The position numbers and the translations under genes were made by a program. Positions 43,180-51,752 of a DNA stretch of 64,000 nucleotides are shown here, piece by piece (within the stretch, counting starts at the first letter, position 1; each line of letters begins with the position of its first letter). The stretch lies in NCBI GenBank assembly GCA_963720755.1, contig CAVRGP010000015.1, positions 128,001-192,000 of the forward strand. Direction: 5' to 3'. This DNA is from an uncultured Chloroflexia bacterium. Its GTDB lineage: Bacteria > Chloroflexota > Limnocylindria > Limnocylindrales > CSP1-4. The notes under the pieces are model-generated. The model saw only the letters and a list, made by a program, of their open reading frames with translations. It was not told the origin of the DNA and did no database searches.

Positions 43180-44058
43180 ATGCCCGACACGACGCCTGAG
43201 CAGATCCTCGCCCGCGCCCAGGTGCCGCCTTCCAATGGACGGCCGATCCGGAAGGATGAGATCGAACTCGACGAGCGCGGCATCTATGTCGAGTCGTGGC
43301 TGCCCGAGCGGCGTTCGCGTCGCAAGCCGCTCCTGTTCATCCACGGCGAGCTCGCCGGTTCCTGGCTGTGGGAGCGCTATCTCGGGTACTTCGCGGCCCG
43401 TGGCTGGGAGGGCCACGCGCTCAACCTCCGGAACCACTACTGGTCGCAGACCGCCGATCCGGCGACCCTGTCGTTCGATACCTACACCGAGGACGTCGTC
43501 GCGACACTCGAGCGCTTCCCGGCCGGCGTCGTCGTCATCGGGCATGGGATGGGCGGGCTGCTGGCGCTCAAAGCAGCCGAGCGGATGCCGCTGTCGGGCC
43601 TGGTCCTGCTCAGCGCGGAGATGCCACGCGACCTGCGGACGCCCGCCAGATCCCACGAGTTGCGCGGGATCCCCGAGGCGTACGGCAAGTCGCTCATCGG
43701 TTGGGAAACGCTCCCCGAGCGACTCCTGCGCGATGATCGCGATCTGACCCTGGCCGACGTCCTGCGGATCCAGCACATGCTCGGACAGAAGCCGCACGAG
43801 GCCGGCGCAGCGCGTCGGCAGATGCTGGCTGGCGTTTCGATCGACCGGCGCGGCCTGGCCGAAGTCCCGCGCCTGGTCATCGGCGCCGGCCTCGACCGGA
43901 CGGTGACGATGACCGATTCGGAGCGCCTTGCCGAGTGGCTTGACGCCGACTACGAGCCGTTCGGGGCGCATTCCCACTTCGGCCTGGTCGTCGGCGAGAA
44001 CAGTCACCAGCAGGTGGCCGAGTCGATCCGTACCTTCCTCGAGGCCAATCGGTTGTAG
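43180..44058 (+). CDS. alpha/beta-hydrolase fold protein lacking the nucleophile Ser
   Basis: LFIHG, NLRNH, GHGMGG instead of GHSMGG, D and H positions retained. Confidence 0.8.
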   Translation: MPDTTPEQILARAQVPPSNGRPIRKDEIELDERGIYVESWLPERRSRRKPLLFIHGELAGSWLWERYLGYFAARGWEGHALNLRNHYWSQTADPATLSFDTYTEDVVATLERFPAGVVVIGHGMGGLLALKAAERMPLSGLVLLSAEMPRDLRTPARSHELRGIPEAYGKSLIGWETLPERLLRDDRDLTLADVLRIQHMLGQKPHEAGAARRQMLAGVSIDRRGLAEVPRLVIGAGLDRTVTMTDSERLAEWLDADYEPFGAHSHFGLVVGENSHQQVAESIRTFLEANRL

Positions 44059-44128
44059 CGTCCGAGCCCGGCCGATGCCGGTGGTATCATGCCGACCGGC
44101 CCGGCAGTTCCCGCCGTGCGCCATCGGG

Positions 44129-44205
44129 GCCGCATTCGTCTAGAGGCCCAGGACACCGCCCTCTCAAGGCGGAGATCACCGGTTCGAATCCGGTATGCGG
44201 TACCA
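44129..44205 (+). tRNA. tRNA-Glu (anticodon CTC)
   Basis: GCCGCAT acceptor stem, CCGCC CT CTC AA GGCGG, GGTTCGAATCC, encoded CCA. Confidence 0.97.
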
Positions 44206-44269
44206 ATCTCTCCCAGGCTCCGTCGATGCCGCACCACCGCGGGTATGGCCGCTCTCGTACACTCGCCTG

Positions 44270-45361
44270 ATGCGACCCTCCACGCCCCGCCGACTGGTGA
44301 TCCTCGCCGAAGGTGCGTTCGGGCCGCACGACGGCAAGACGGCCTACGGCGTCATCCAGTACGGCCGCGACGAGGTCGTCGCCGTCCTCGACTCGACGAA
44401 GGCGGGGGAGAACGTGTCGGCGTACCTCCGGGATCGCGACGTCCCGATCCTGGCCACCCTGGCGGAGGCGCTCGCGCGACCGACTCGCCCGGACACGCTG
44501 CTGCTCGGGATCGCGCCGACGGGTGGGCGGCTGCCGGACAGCTGGCGAGCGGTCATCCTCGAGGCGATCGACGCCGGTCTTGATGTCCACTCCGGACTCC
44601 ACACGTTCATCGGCGACGACCCGGAGTTCAGGGCCGCTGCGGCCAGCCGAGGCACGGCGATCGTCGACTACCGTCGCCCTCCGGAGCGCCTCGAGACCGC
44701 TGTCGGGCGGCGACACGGGCCCGGCAAGCGGGTGATCCTGACCGTCGCCACCGACTGCGCCGTCGGCAAGATGTCGGTAGCCCTTGAGCTTCGGCGGGCG
44801 GCGCTGGAGGCAGGGGAGTCCGCCTCGTTCGTCCCGACCGGGCAGACCGGCATGATGATCGAGGGCTGGGGCGTGGCGGTCGATCGGCTCATCAGCGACT
44901 TCGCCCAGGGCGTGATCGAAGACCTCGTCGAGCAAGGCGAGCGCCTTGGCGACTGGGTCATCGTGGAGGGTCAGGGCTCGCTCGACCATCCGGCCTACTC
45001 CTCGGTGACCCTGGCGTTGATCCACGGCGCGACCCCGCAGGCGATGGTGATGGTCCACAAGCCCGGGCTCCGCGAACATGACTTCGACCACCTCCCCGAG
45101 GCGTCGTTCCCGATCGCGTCCCTGCCTCGGTTCATCGCGCTGCACGAGCAGGTCGCAGGTCTCGTTGCACCGTCGGCCGTCGTCGCGGTCGCGCTCAATA
45201 CCTCGCTTTATCCGGACGACCGCGATGCCCGGCGGGTGATCGAGGAGATCGCTGCCGAGACCGGGCTGCCGACCGATGACCCGTTCCGATTCGGGCCGGA
45301 CCGCTTGTGGTCGGCGATCCGGGAACGGGTCGATGCGCTGCCCTGGGTCGACCACGGATGA
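44270..45361 (+). CDS. DUF1611 family protein (DgcN-like D-glutamate N-acetyltransferase)
   Basis: GKTA, GIAPTGG, GLH, TDCAVGKM, TGQTG, EGQGSL.HP. Confidence 0.88.
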   Translation: MRPSTPRRLVILAEGAFGPHDGKTAYGVIQYGRDEVVAVLDSTKAGENVSAYLRDRDVPILATLAEALARPTRPDTLLLGIAPTGGRLPDSWRAVILEAIDAGLDVHSGLHTFIGDDPEFRAAAASRGTAIVDYRRPPERLETAVGRRHGPGKRVILTVATDCAVGKMSVALELRRAALEAGESASFVPTGQTGMMIEGWGVAVDRLISDFAQGVIEDLVEQGERLGDWVIVEGQGSLDHPAYSSVTLALIHGATPQAMVMVHKPGLREHDFDHLPEASFPIASLPRFIALHEQVAGLVAPSAVVAVALNTSLYPDDRDARRVIEEIAAETGLPTDDPFRFGPDRLWSAIRERVDALPWVDHG

Positions 45362-46428
45362 GTCTCCACGTCAGTCACGAGGTCCTGCGCCTGGCCCTGC
45401 GCGACCCGTTCCGGATCGCCCGCGAGGACCACGGCAGCAACGACGATGTCGTGACCACGGTCGTGGTCGAGTTGCGCGACGATCGACACCCGGGTGTCGT
45501 CGGGATCGGCGAAGGTTATCCCGATCGGTACTACGGGGAGACGCCCGCCACAATGGCTGCGATCTTCCCGTATCTGGTCTCACGGATCGGGGACGATGCC
45601 ATCGACTACACGACCGCGGGCGCCGGCGACGCGCTCGACCGGATCGGTCAGGCGATGGCCGACGGGATCCGCTGGAATGGGGCGGCCAGATGCGCCCTCG
45701 ACATCGCCCTTCACGATCTCGTCGGCAAGGTCGTCGGGTCGCCCGTCCACGCGCTGATCCGCCTGCCGCCGAGGATCCCCCCGACCGACTTCACCATCGG
45801 GATCGACGAACCCGAGATCGTCGGACTGCGGGCGTCGCGGGCCGCTGATTTCCCGGCGCTGAAGATCAAGCTCGGTGGTCCGCAGGACCTGGCCACGCTC
45901 CGGGCGGTTCGGGCCGTCTTTGGTGGACCCATCCGCGTGGATGCCAATACCGGCTGGACCCGCGACGACGCCGAGCGGCTGCTGCCCGAGATCGTCGAAC
46001 TCGGGGTGGAACTGATCGAGCAGCCGTTCGCCGCTCGCGCCTATCGGGACCTCGCCTGGCTGCAGGAACGGTCCCCGATCCCGATCGTGGCCGACGAGAG
46101 CGCCGTGACCGATGAGGATCTCGAGGCGCTGGTCGAAGTCGTCGAGGGCGTCAACGTCAAGCTGGCGAAGTGCGGTGGGATCGGCCCTGCGAAACGGATG
46201 CTCGAGCATGCCCGGGAACTCGGCTTCCGGACGTTCCTGGGGTGCATGGAGGAGACATCGGTCGGGATCGCCGGTTCCGCCGCCGTCGCGTCCCTCGCCG
46301 ATTGGGTCGATCTCGACGGCTGCCTGCTTCTCGCCGATGACCCCTTCGATGGCCTCGAACTCGGTCCTGACCATCGGTGGATCCTGACCGACCGACCGGG
46401 GTTGGGTCTGGTTCGCCGGGTTTCCTGA
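45358..46428 (+). CDS. enolase-superfamily dipeptide epimerase / N-acetyl-D-Glu racemase (DgcA-like)
   Basis: KIK, DAN, EQP, ADES, KLAKCGG, GCM, DLDG. Confidence 0.88.
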   Translation: MSLHVSHEVLRLALRDPFRIAREDHGSNDDVVTTVVVELRDDRHPGVVGIGEGYPDRYYGETPATMAAIFPYLVSRIGDDAIDYTTAGAGDALDRIGQAMADGIRWNGAARCALDIALHDLVGKVVGSPVHALIRLPPRIPPTDFTIGIDEPEIVGLRASRAADFPALKIKLGGPQDLATLRAVRAVFGGPIRVDANTGWTRDDAERLLPEIVELGVELIEQPFAARAYRDLAWLQERSPIPIVADESAVTDEDLEALVEVVEGVNVKLAKCGGIGPAKRMLEHARELGFRTFLGCMEETSVGIAGSAAVASLADWVDLDGCLLLADDPFDGLELGPDHRWILTDRPGLGLVRRVS

Positions 46429-46475
46429 CACGGACCGTGCACGGACCGCACACCCGTTCGGTGAACGTCCGTTCG

Positions 46476-46508
46476 TGTGGATAACTTGGTGGATGAACTG
46501 GTGGACAA
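46476..46508 (+). promoter_or_regulatory. three DnaA-box-like 9-mers at 12-bp period
   Basis: TGTGGATAA (perfect, 46476), GGTGGATGA (46488), GGTGGACAA (46500); next to TTCACG-18 nt-TACGAT. Confidence 0.6.
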
Positions 46509-46711
46509 GCCCCCTTCACGGTCGGCCGTCGGAGGTCCTACGATGGTTCCTCACCGGTCGCCGCGGTCCCGAGGAGGCGATGGCGCCGGAGTCCATGAAC
46601 CGTGTCCGGTCGTCGGGCCGCCCGTCCGACCTGCCGGTCCGTAGTTTCGTATTGCCTTCGGCCCGCCGTCCCAGGGTGGTCCGATGATGCTCGTCAGGAG
46701 GCACGCTATCG

Positions 46712-47143
46712 ATGGATCCGCATCGCGCCGCCTTGGGGACCCCAGACCCAGATGCCCTCGAATTCGTGCGGTTCTGCTACCACCGGCGACGGGTCGGCTG
46801 GCCGGAGCTGTACGACGAGATGTGTGCCGTGGCGGCGCGCGGGTTGTACCGGGGCCTTGACGCCGACGATCTGTCTGCGTTCGGGATCGGGTTCAGCCTG
46901 TTCGATATGCCCGCACTGGCCGTCATCGCTCGCCAGGTGTCGACCGAGGAACTAGCTCGTCGCCGCCCGGTCGCCGTCGTGATCCGAGCCGAACCCGAGG
47001 CGGACGCGATCGTCGACCCGGCTGTCGGATCGACGCCGCATGCCGAGCCCGAGTCCAAGCCCGAGTCCAAGCCCGAGCCGACCGCCGCTCCCCGGACTTA
47101 CGACGTTCCGGCGCGCCTCAAGGTGGCCCCGACGCCGGTCTGA
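46712..47143 (+). CDS. hypothetical protein
   Basis: RBS aggagg; globular-looking N-half (FVRFCY...WPELYDEMC..A..GLYRG) with low-complexity tail. Confidence 0.7.
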   Translation: MDPHRAALGTPDPDALEFVRFCYHRRRVGWPELYDEMCAVAARGLYRGLDADDLSAFGIGFSLFDMPALAVIARQVSTEELARRRPVAVVIRAEPEADAIVDPAVGSTPHAEPESKPESKPEPTAAPRTYDVPARLKVAPTPV

Positions 47144-47147
47144 TCGG

Positions 47148-47375
47148 TCAGGCGCGGATCCGGCGCCGGGCCATCTCGCCCTCGATCTGGCGTTCCGCCT
47201 CGACGTATCGGTCGATCTGCTCGCGGAGCTGGTTCGCCTCAGGCGTGTAGAGGTGGACCTGGCCCTGCAGGATGTACGACAGACGCCGGCTGGTCATCCG
47301 GACGTGGTCGAGGTTCTTCATGAGGACCAGCGGGTCCATCGAGGCCAGGTCAGACGGGTGGTACATCTGCTGCAT
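47148..47375 (-). CDS. small hypothetical helical protein (75 aa)
   Basis: GC3-rich codons; leaderless promoter TAGAAT-6 nt-ATG. Confidence 0.7.
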   Translation of the reverse strand: MQQMYHPSDLASMDPLVLMKNLDHVRMTSRRLSYILQGQVHLYTPEANQLREQIDRYVEAERQIEGEMARRRIRA

Positions 47376-47389
47376 GGCCGCATTCTAGG

Positions 47390-48784
47390 TCACAGCGACC
47401 GCAGCGCTCTCGGTGGCCACGCCCAATCCACGTCGAGCGGCCCTGCGGCGAGGGCACGCCGCCGGCCCAGTTCCGTCGCTCCGAGGACGAGGATCCGATC
47501 CGTCTTGGTGGCCCGGCCAGCCTCGTCGCCCCACAACTTCGTCATCTTGCGACCGGCAGCGATGTCGTCGATCGCCACCCCGGCCAGACGATAGCCCTCG
47601 GGTTGGGCGGCCGATTCCCAGACACGGGCCGCCAGATCCACGCCGCCCTGGATCTGTCGGCCGCGATCGGTCTCGACGTCACCGATGACCAGGACGACGA
47701 CGGCGTCGTCGGCCAGGACAGGTCGCAAGCCGGCCAGAACGTCCCGCAGGAAGGCCAGGTACGGCTCGCGATGATGGGCGTCGTCGAGGGCGGCGTCGAT
47801 CGCGCGCGAATCGAACCCGAGGAACCACGTCCGCAGCCAGTTGTAATAGCCGTACTTGACGACCCGCAGATAGGGCGGCGAGGTGATGACGAGACGGGCC
47901 TGATCTGTCCGGCCACGAGCTTGCAGAGCAGCCCGAGCTCGCGGCGCCACGTCCCGTGCATCGCCGAGCAGGGCGATCCCCTCCATCGATGGTGGCGGCT
48001 GTCGGAACAGCCGATCGAGCTTCCTGGTCAGGCCGTCGAAGACGTCGCGCTCCGGCGACGAGAACCCGGTCCTCGCCGCGAACTCACGAACGTATCGAGG
48101 CGCCATCGAGAACGTGTTAGGCATCAGCTCCGAGAGGTAGCTGGCGCTCTTGCCGTGCAGGATCCCGGTCAGCGCGGTCGCCAGGAAGCGATCGGTCCGA
48201 TCGTCGAGCCGCAGCATCGTCCGCACGAACAGCAGTTGGCCGAACGTCCGAGGATGGAACGCCAGGGCGACTTCGACCGGGACCGGCTCGATCCCGTCGT
48301 CAGGACCCGACCCGGAGCCTGCGGCTGGCACGAGCGCCTCGGCCAGGGAAGGGTCAGCGACGATCCGGGCACCGAGCTCCGACCAGCCGGCCGACGATGC
48401 ATTCCAGCCGAGACGCAGCTGGGCGAGTCTGGTGGCCGCCTGCGATCTGGTGGCCGGCTCGACCTTGGCGGCGGTCAGGAGGTGGGCGAACGGATTGAGG
48501 TCGTTCCCGACCCCGATCCTTCCCTCGGCGCACGCCTGGAGTGGCGTCGTCCCACGGCCGGAGAACGGATCCATGACCACGTCGCCGGGTCGTGAGTAGC
48601 GGGCGATGAATGCGTGGGTGAGGGCCGCCGGGAAGCTCGCGAGGTACGAGCACATCGGGTGGAACGAGTGGCCCCACAGGCGCTGCTGGTCCTTCCACTC
48701 CGGGGCGAGATCGAGGGCAGGCAGCGCCGCGGGCAGCTCAAGGGCGAGCTGACCCTGGGTCACCTGCGTCGGTCGTGCCGACAT
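47390..48784 (-). CDS. site-specific DNA methyltransferase (N4-C/N6-A), apparently orphan
   Basis: Motif I DPFSGRGTT and catalytic TSPPY; no restriction endonuclease adjacent. Confidence 0.85.
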   Translation of the reverse strand: MSARPTQVTQGQLALELPAALPALDLAPEWKDQQRLWGHSFHPMCSYLASFPAALTHAFIARYSRPGDVVMDPFSGRGTTPLQACAEGRIGVGNDLNPFAHLLTAAKVEPATRSQAATRLAQLRLGWNASSAGWSELGARIVADPSLAEALVPAAGSGSGPDDGIEPVPVEVALAFHPRTFGQLLFVRTMLRLDDRTDRFLATALTGILHGKSASYLSELMPNTFSMAPRYVREFAARTGFSSPERDVFDGLTRKLDRLFRQPPPSMEGIALLGDARDVAPRARAALQARGRTDQARLVITSPPYLRVVKYGYYNWLRTWFLGFDSRAIDAALDDAHHREPYLAFLRDVLAGLRPVLADDAVVVLVIGDVETDRGRQIQGGVDLAARVWESAAQPEGYRLAGVAIDDIAAGRKMTKLWGDEAGRATKTDRILVLGATELGRRRALAAGPLDVDWAWPPRALRSL

Positions 48785-48915
48785 CGGACGGTCCCGGACC
48801 TCCCTTGGCCACGCGCCGATCCCGGTCGGTGCGATGGGTCGCGGAGCATAGCACGCGGCTTTCGGGCTTCGGCCCGTGTGGAGGGCTGGCAGAGGCACGC
48901 TAGACTCTCGCCTGA

Positions 48916-48952
48916 GTCCCCGTAGCTCAGTGGACAGAGCAGCCGCCTTCTA
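48916..48952 (+). repeat. 37-bp direct repeat equal to the 5' half of tRNA-Arg (att-like)
   Basis: GTCCCCGTAGCTCAGTGGACAGAGCAGCCGCCTTCTA is identical to 50425-50461. Confidence 0.95.
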
Positions 48953-49229
48953 GGTGTCGGGCTCTGTGCGCCATGGCTGTGAGCCTAGGTTCGCGAGCGA
49001 ATCGGGCGTTGTTAGTTGCTCAGCTCAAGGACGGTTTCGCGGGCCTTGCGACGCACTCGGCGGCCGGCATCGCCCTAACCATCCAAAGAACAAGCCGACA
49101 CCTCTTGCCCGCAACCGCCGAGCCTCCACCTGGTGCCTCACACTGGAAGAATTGCGCGCATTCTTCCACTGGCGGTAGAATGCTGCAGTCTCTACCGCTC
49201 ACAAGTTAGCCCTCGAGCAGACGGATCTC

Positions 49230-50327
49230 ATGGATTTCAAACTTCATCGAGACGCGCTAGTCCAGTCCCTCGACGCTCTCGAGGAGCGTCGTCGGCTGTT
49301 CAGCCATTTGCCTGTCGACCCAACACATGCCGAGTGGCTCCGCCGTCGGGCGTGGGTTCGGACCATTCACGGCACCACGCGTATCGAAGGCAACACCCTC
49401 TCCGACATCGAGGTGGATGAGCTTCTCTCGGGGTCGATGGGGCGCAATCTACCGCGCCGGGAGGCGCTGGAGATCCTGGGAACGCGCCAGGCTTTGGCGC
49501 TCGTCGACGACATAGCTCCTCGGGTCGACGTCCCTCTTGACGAGGGGCTGATCCGCGAGGTTCATCGGCGCGTCCTCGACGGCCAAAGTCCGCTCTTGAC
49601 GCCCGGTGAGTATCGGAAAGGCGAGAACAGAGTGGGGGGTGCAGCGGGTGAGATCGTCTTCACCACGCCACCGTCGGGCGACGTCCCCGAGTTGATGCAC
49701 GCCTTTGCTCGGTGGCTCATCGACCACGCATCGAGCGAGTCGCCACCGGTCGCTGCCGCGCTCGCCCATCTCGAGTTCGTGGCGATTCACCCGTTCAATG
49801 ACGGCAATGGACGCGCGGCTCGGGCGATCAGCCGATTGCTGCTGTTGCGAGGTGGCTACGGCCTCGACGGACTCGTCTCATTGGACGCCTACCTCGACGG
49901 GGATCGCCGTGACTACTTCGCGGCGATCCGAGCTTCTATCGGTACGACGTATGCGCCTCCCTACGACGCGACGCCCTTCGTCAGCTACTTCATCGGCTCC
50001 ATCCTCCGCGCGGCGGATCATGTTCTCGACCGCATCCGTGGTCTGGGCAGCGTGATGATCGCGATCCGTCGCGACGTCGTCGAAGGTCGCCTTCCGCCGG
50101 CGATGCTCGACGGGCTCGCTTACGCGTGGATCAACCGATCGATCCGCCCCGCGGACTACCAGCGAATCACGGGACGGAGCCCGGCCGCGTCGAGCCGCGA
50201 CCTGGCGTCCGCTGCGAGGGCCGGCTACCTGGTCGTGTCTGGTCGGACCCGTACGCGCGTCTTCCTCCTCGGTGAGCGGCTGCTCGCCGTGCCGGCACCC
50301 GGTGAATCCACGACGACTTCGGGGTGA
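49230..50327 (+). CDS. Fic family protein (class II AMPylase) with C-terminal HTH-like domain
   Basis: Canonical HPFNDGNGRAAR; N-terminal inhibitory motif TTRIEGN. Confidence 0.92.
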   Translation: MDFKLHRDALVQSLDALEERRRLFSHLPVDPTHAEWLRRRAWVRTIHGTTRIEGNTLSDIEVDELLSGSMGRNLPRREALEILGTRQALALVDDIAPRVDVPLDEGLIREVHRRVLDGQSPLLTPGEYRKGENRVGGAAGEIVFTTPPSGDVPELMHAFARWLIDHASSESPPVAAALAHLEFVAIHPFNDGNGRAARAISRLLLLRGGYGLDGLVSLDAYLDGDRRDYFAAIRASIGTTYAPPYDATPFVSYFIGSILRAADHVLDRIRGLGSVMIAIRRDVVEGRLPPAMLDGLAYAWINRSIRPADYQRITGRSPAASSRDLASAARAGYLVVSGRTRTRVFLLGERLLAVPAPGESTTTSG

Positions 50328-50424
50328 CCCGATCCTCGTCCGCGAGCGTCATGGCAACGTCCAACCTACCGGGTTACCAGCCGTCGATGGGGTAGATTCG
50401 TGCGAGAACTAAGCAGCTAACCAC

Positions 50425-50500
50425 GTCCCCGTAGCTCAGTGGACAGAGCAGCCGCCTTCTAAGCGGAAGGTCGCAGGTTCGAATCCTGCCGGGGGCGCCA
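50425..50500 (+). tRNA. tRNA-Arg (anticodon TCT)
   Basis: GTCCCCG acceptor, CCGC CT TCT AA GCGG, GGTTCGAATCC, encoded CCA. Confidence 0.96.
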
Positions 50501-50558
50501 ATCGCCAGTTCTGAGCAAGAAGCGGGCATCGAATGTCGATCGCTTCGGACGTCAAGGT

Positions 50559-51134
50559 TTGACGCGGAGCCTGGGCGCTGGCCTGGTCGCTGTCGCGATC
50601 GTGGCCGTGCTCGTGGGTGTGGGACTGCTGACGACGACCTACATGCCGATCGTGCAGGGCTCGTCGGTCGGCGCGGTCAACGGTCCCTCCGGCGGCCGGT
50701 TCCTTCGCCAGGACTCGCTCGAGGCCCAGGAGGGCGGCGCTCGGTGGGTCTACTGCGCGATCCCGAACGGGCACTTCGCGTGGTACGTCTCGCTTCGGAA
50801 CGACGGGCCCCTTCCGGTGACGATCCTCGGGGCCGACGAGCCCGTGAGCCCGGCCGACGCGAACGGGTTCCGCCTCGTCGACCTGGCCGCCAACGACATC
50901 AACGCCGACCTCGCAACGGCGCCAGCACTCGCGCCGACGATGATCGGGCCCGGGGAGGAGATAGCAGTCTGGGCCAGGTTCGAGATCGGCGACCTGTCCG
51001 GCGTGACCGAGGACGGAGCGGGCATCTTTCACGATCAGATCGGGCTTCGGTACTCCATACTGGGGATCAGCCGCTCGGTCGACGTGATGCTCCGGGACGA
51101 GGTCGGCATCGAACGAGGCGAGTGCGCTTCTTGA
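50559..51134 (+). CDS. hypothetical membrane-anchored/secreted protein
   Basis: N-terminal hydrophobic helix; beta-rich domain (LRNDGPLPVTI). Confidence 0.65.
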   Translation: MTRSLGAGLVAVAIVAVLVGVGLLTTTYMPIVQGSSVGAVNGPSGGRFLRQDSLEAQEGGARWVYCAIPNGHFAWYVSLRNDGPLPVTILGADEPVSPADANGFRLVDLAANDINADLATAPALAPTMIGPGEEIAVWARFEIGDLSGVTEDGAGIFHDQIGLRYSILGISRSVDVMLRDEVGIERGECAS

Positions 51135-51156
51135 CGATCGGAGGCATCAGGAGGCG

Positions 51157-51609
51157 ATGAACGGGTCCCGACCCGCGTGGATCATGGCGATCGTGGTCGC
51201 GCTCGCCGGCTGTTCGGCGAGTGTCGGCACGGCGCCGCCGGGAAACGAGCTGACGACGGGGATCGGCATCGCGAACGGCACCGCCCTCGCGGTGACACTT
51301 GTTGTGAACGGGACCACGATCAGGACATTCCCGCCCGAGTCGGGAACCGGATCAGACGGGATCCCGGCCGGTGACCTGCCCGCTCTCCCGTGGATGGTCG
51401 AGGCGCGTTCGTCGAGCGGTCGGATCCTCGTCTCGATGACGGTGAATGCGGGCGACGTCTCGCAGACGACCTCGCCAGACGGCACCGTGACGCAGAGGGG
51501 CGACGGCGTCCGGGCGGATCTGTCGTGCGGCCGACTCGAGGTTTGGTCCGGCTCTCCGATGATGGGGCCCCCTCCCGCGCCGGGCACTCCCGGCGACTGC
51601 GAGCCTTGA
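51157..51609 (+). CDS. hypothetical lipoprotein
   Basis: LAGC lipobox; upstream aggagg. Confidence 0.7.
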   Translation: MNGSRPAWIMAIVVALAGCSASVGTAPPGNELTTGIGIANGTALAVTLVVNGTTIRTFPPESGTGSDGIPAGDLPALPWMVEARSSSGRILVSMTVNAGDVSQTTSPDGTVTQRGDGVRADLSCGRLEVWSGSPMMGPPPAPGTPGDCEP

Positions 51610-51752
51610 GGAGCGCTTGCACTGCCGATCGACCGCACCAGACCGCACCCCATTGCCCCGGACCGGTCACCGGTCGTACCATCGACTGCCCGACGGCACG
51701 CGACGGAGACATCTGGCAAAGGTGTCGGCCGCGGCAGCAGATGGAGCGCGAC

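Larger units (their letters stand above)
48916..50461 (+). mobile_element. integrase-less mini-island at tRNA-Arg carrying a Fic gene
   Basis: Perfect 37-bp direct repeats ending in the anticodon loop; interior visibly more AT-rich. Confidence 0.6.

Noticed and set aside
46440-46560. Chromosomal origin (oriC)
   Set aside because: Only three boxes, no AT-rich unwinding element, and no dnaA/dnaN/rpmH context
46580-46687. 35-aa ORF after GAGGAGG
   Set aside because: RBS-to-ATG spacing is only 2 nt and the peptide is nondescript, so support is insufficient
48916-48972. Functional short tRNA ending in GCGCCA
   Set aside because: No T-arm, and the acceptor stem cannot pair
48953-50424. Group I intron in the tRNA-Arg anticodon loop
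   Set aside because: The 5' half is duplicated and a complete uninterrupted tRNA exists downstream; the cargo is Fic, not a homing endonuclease
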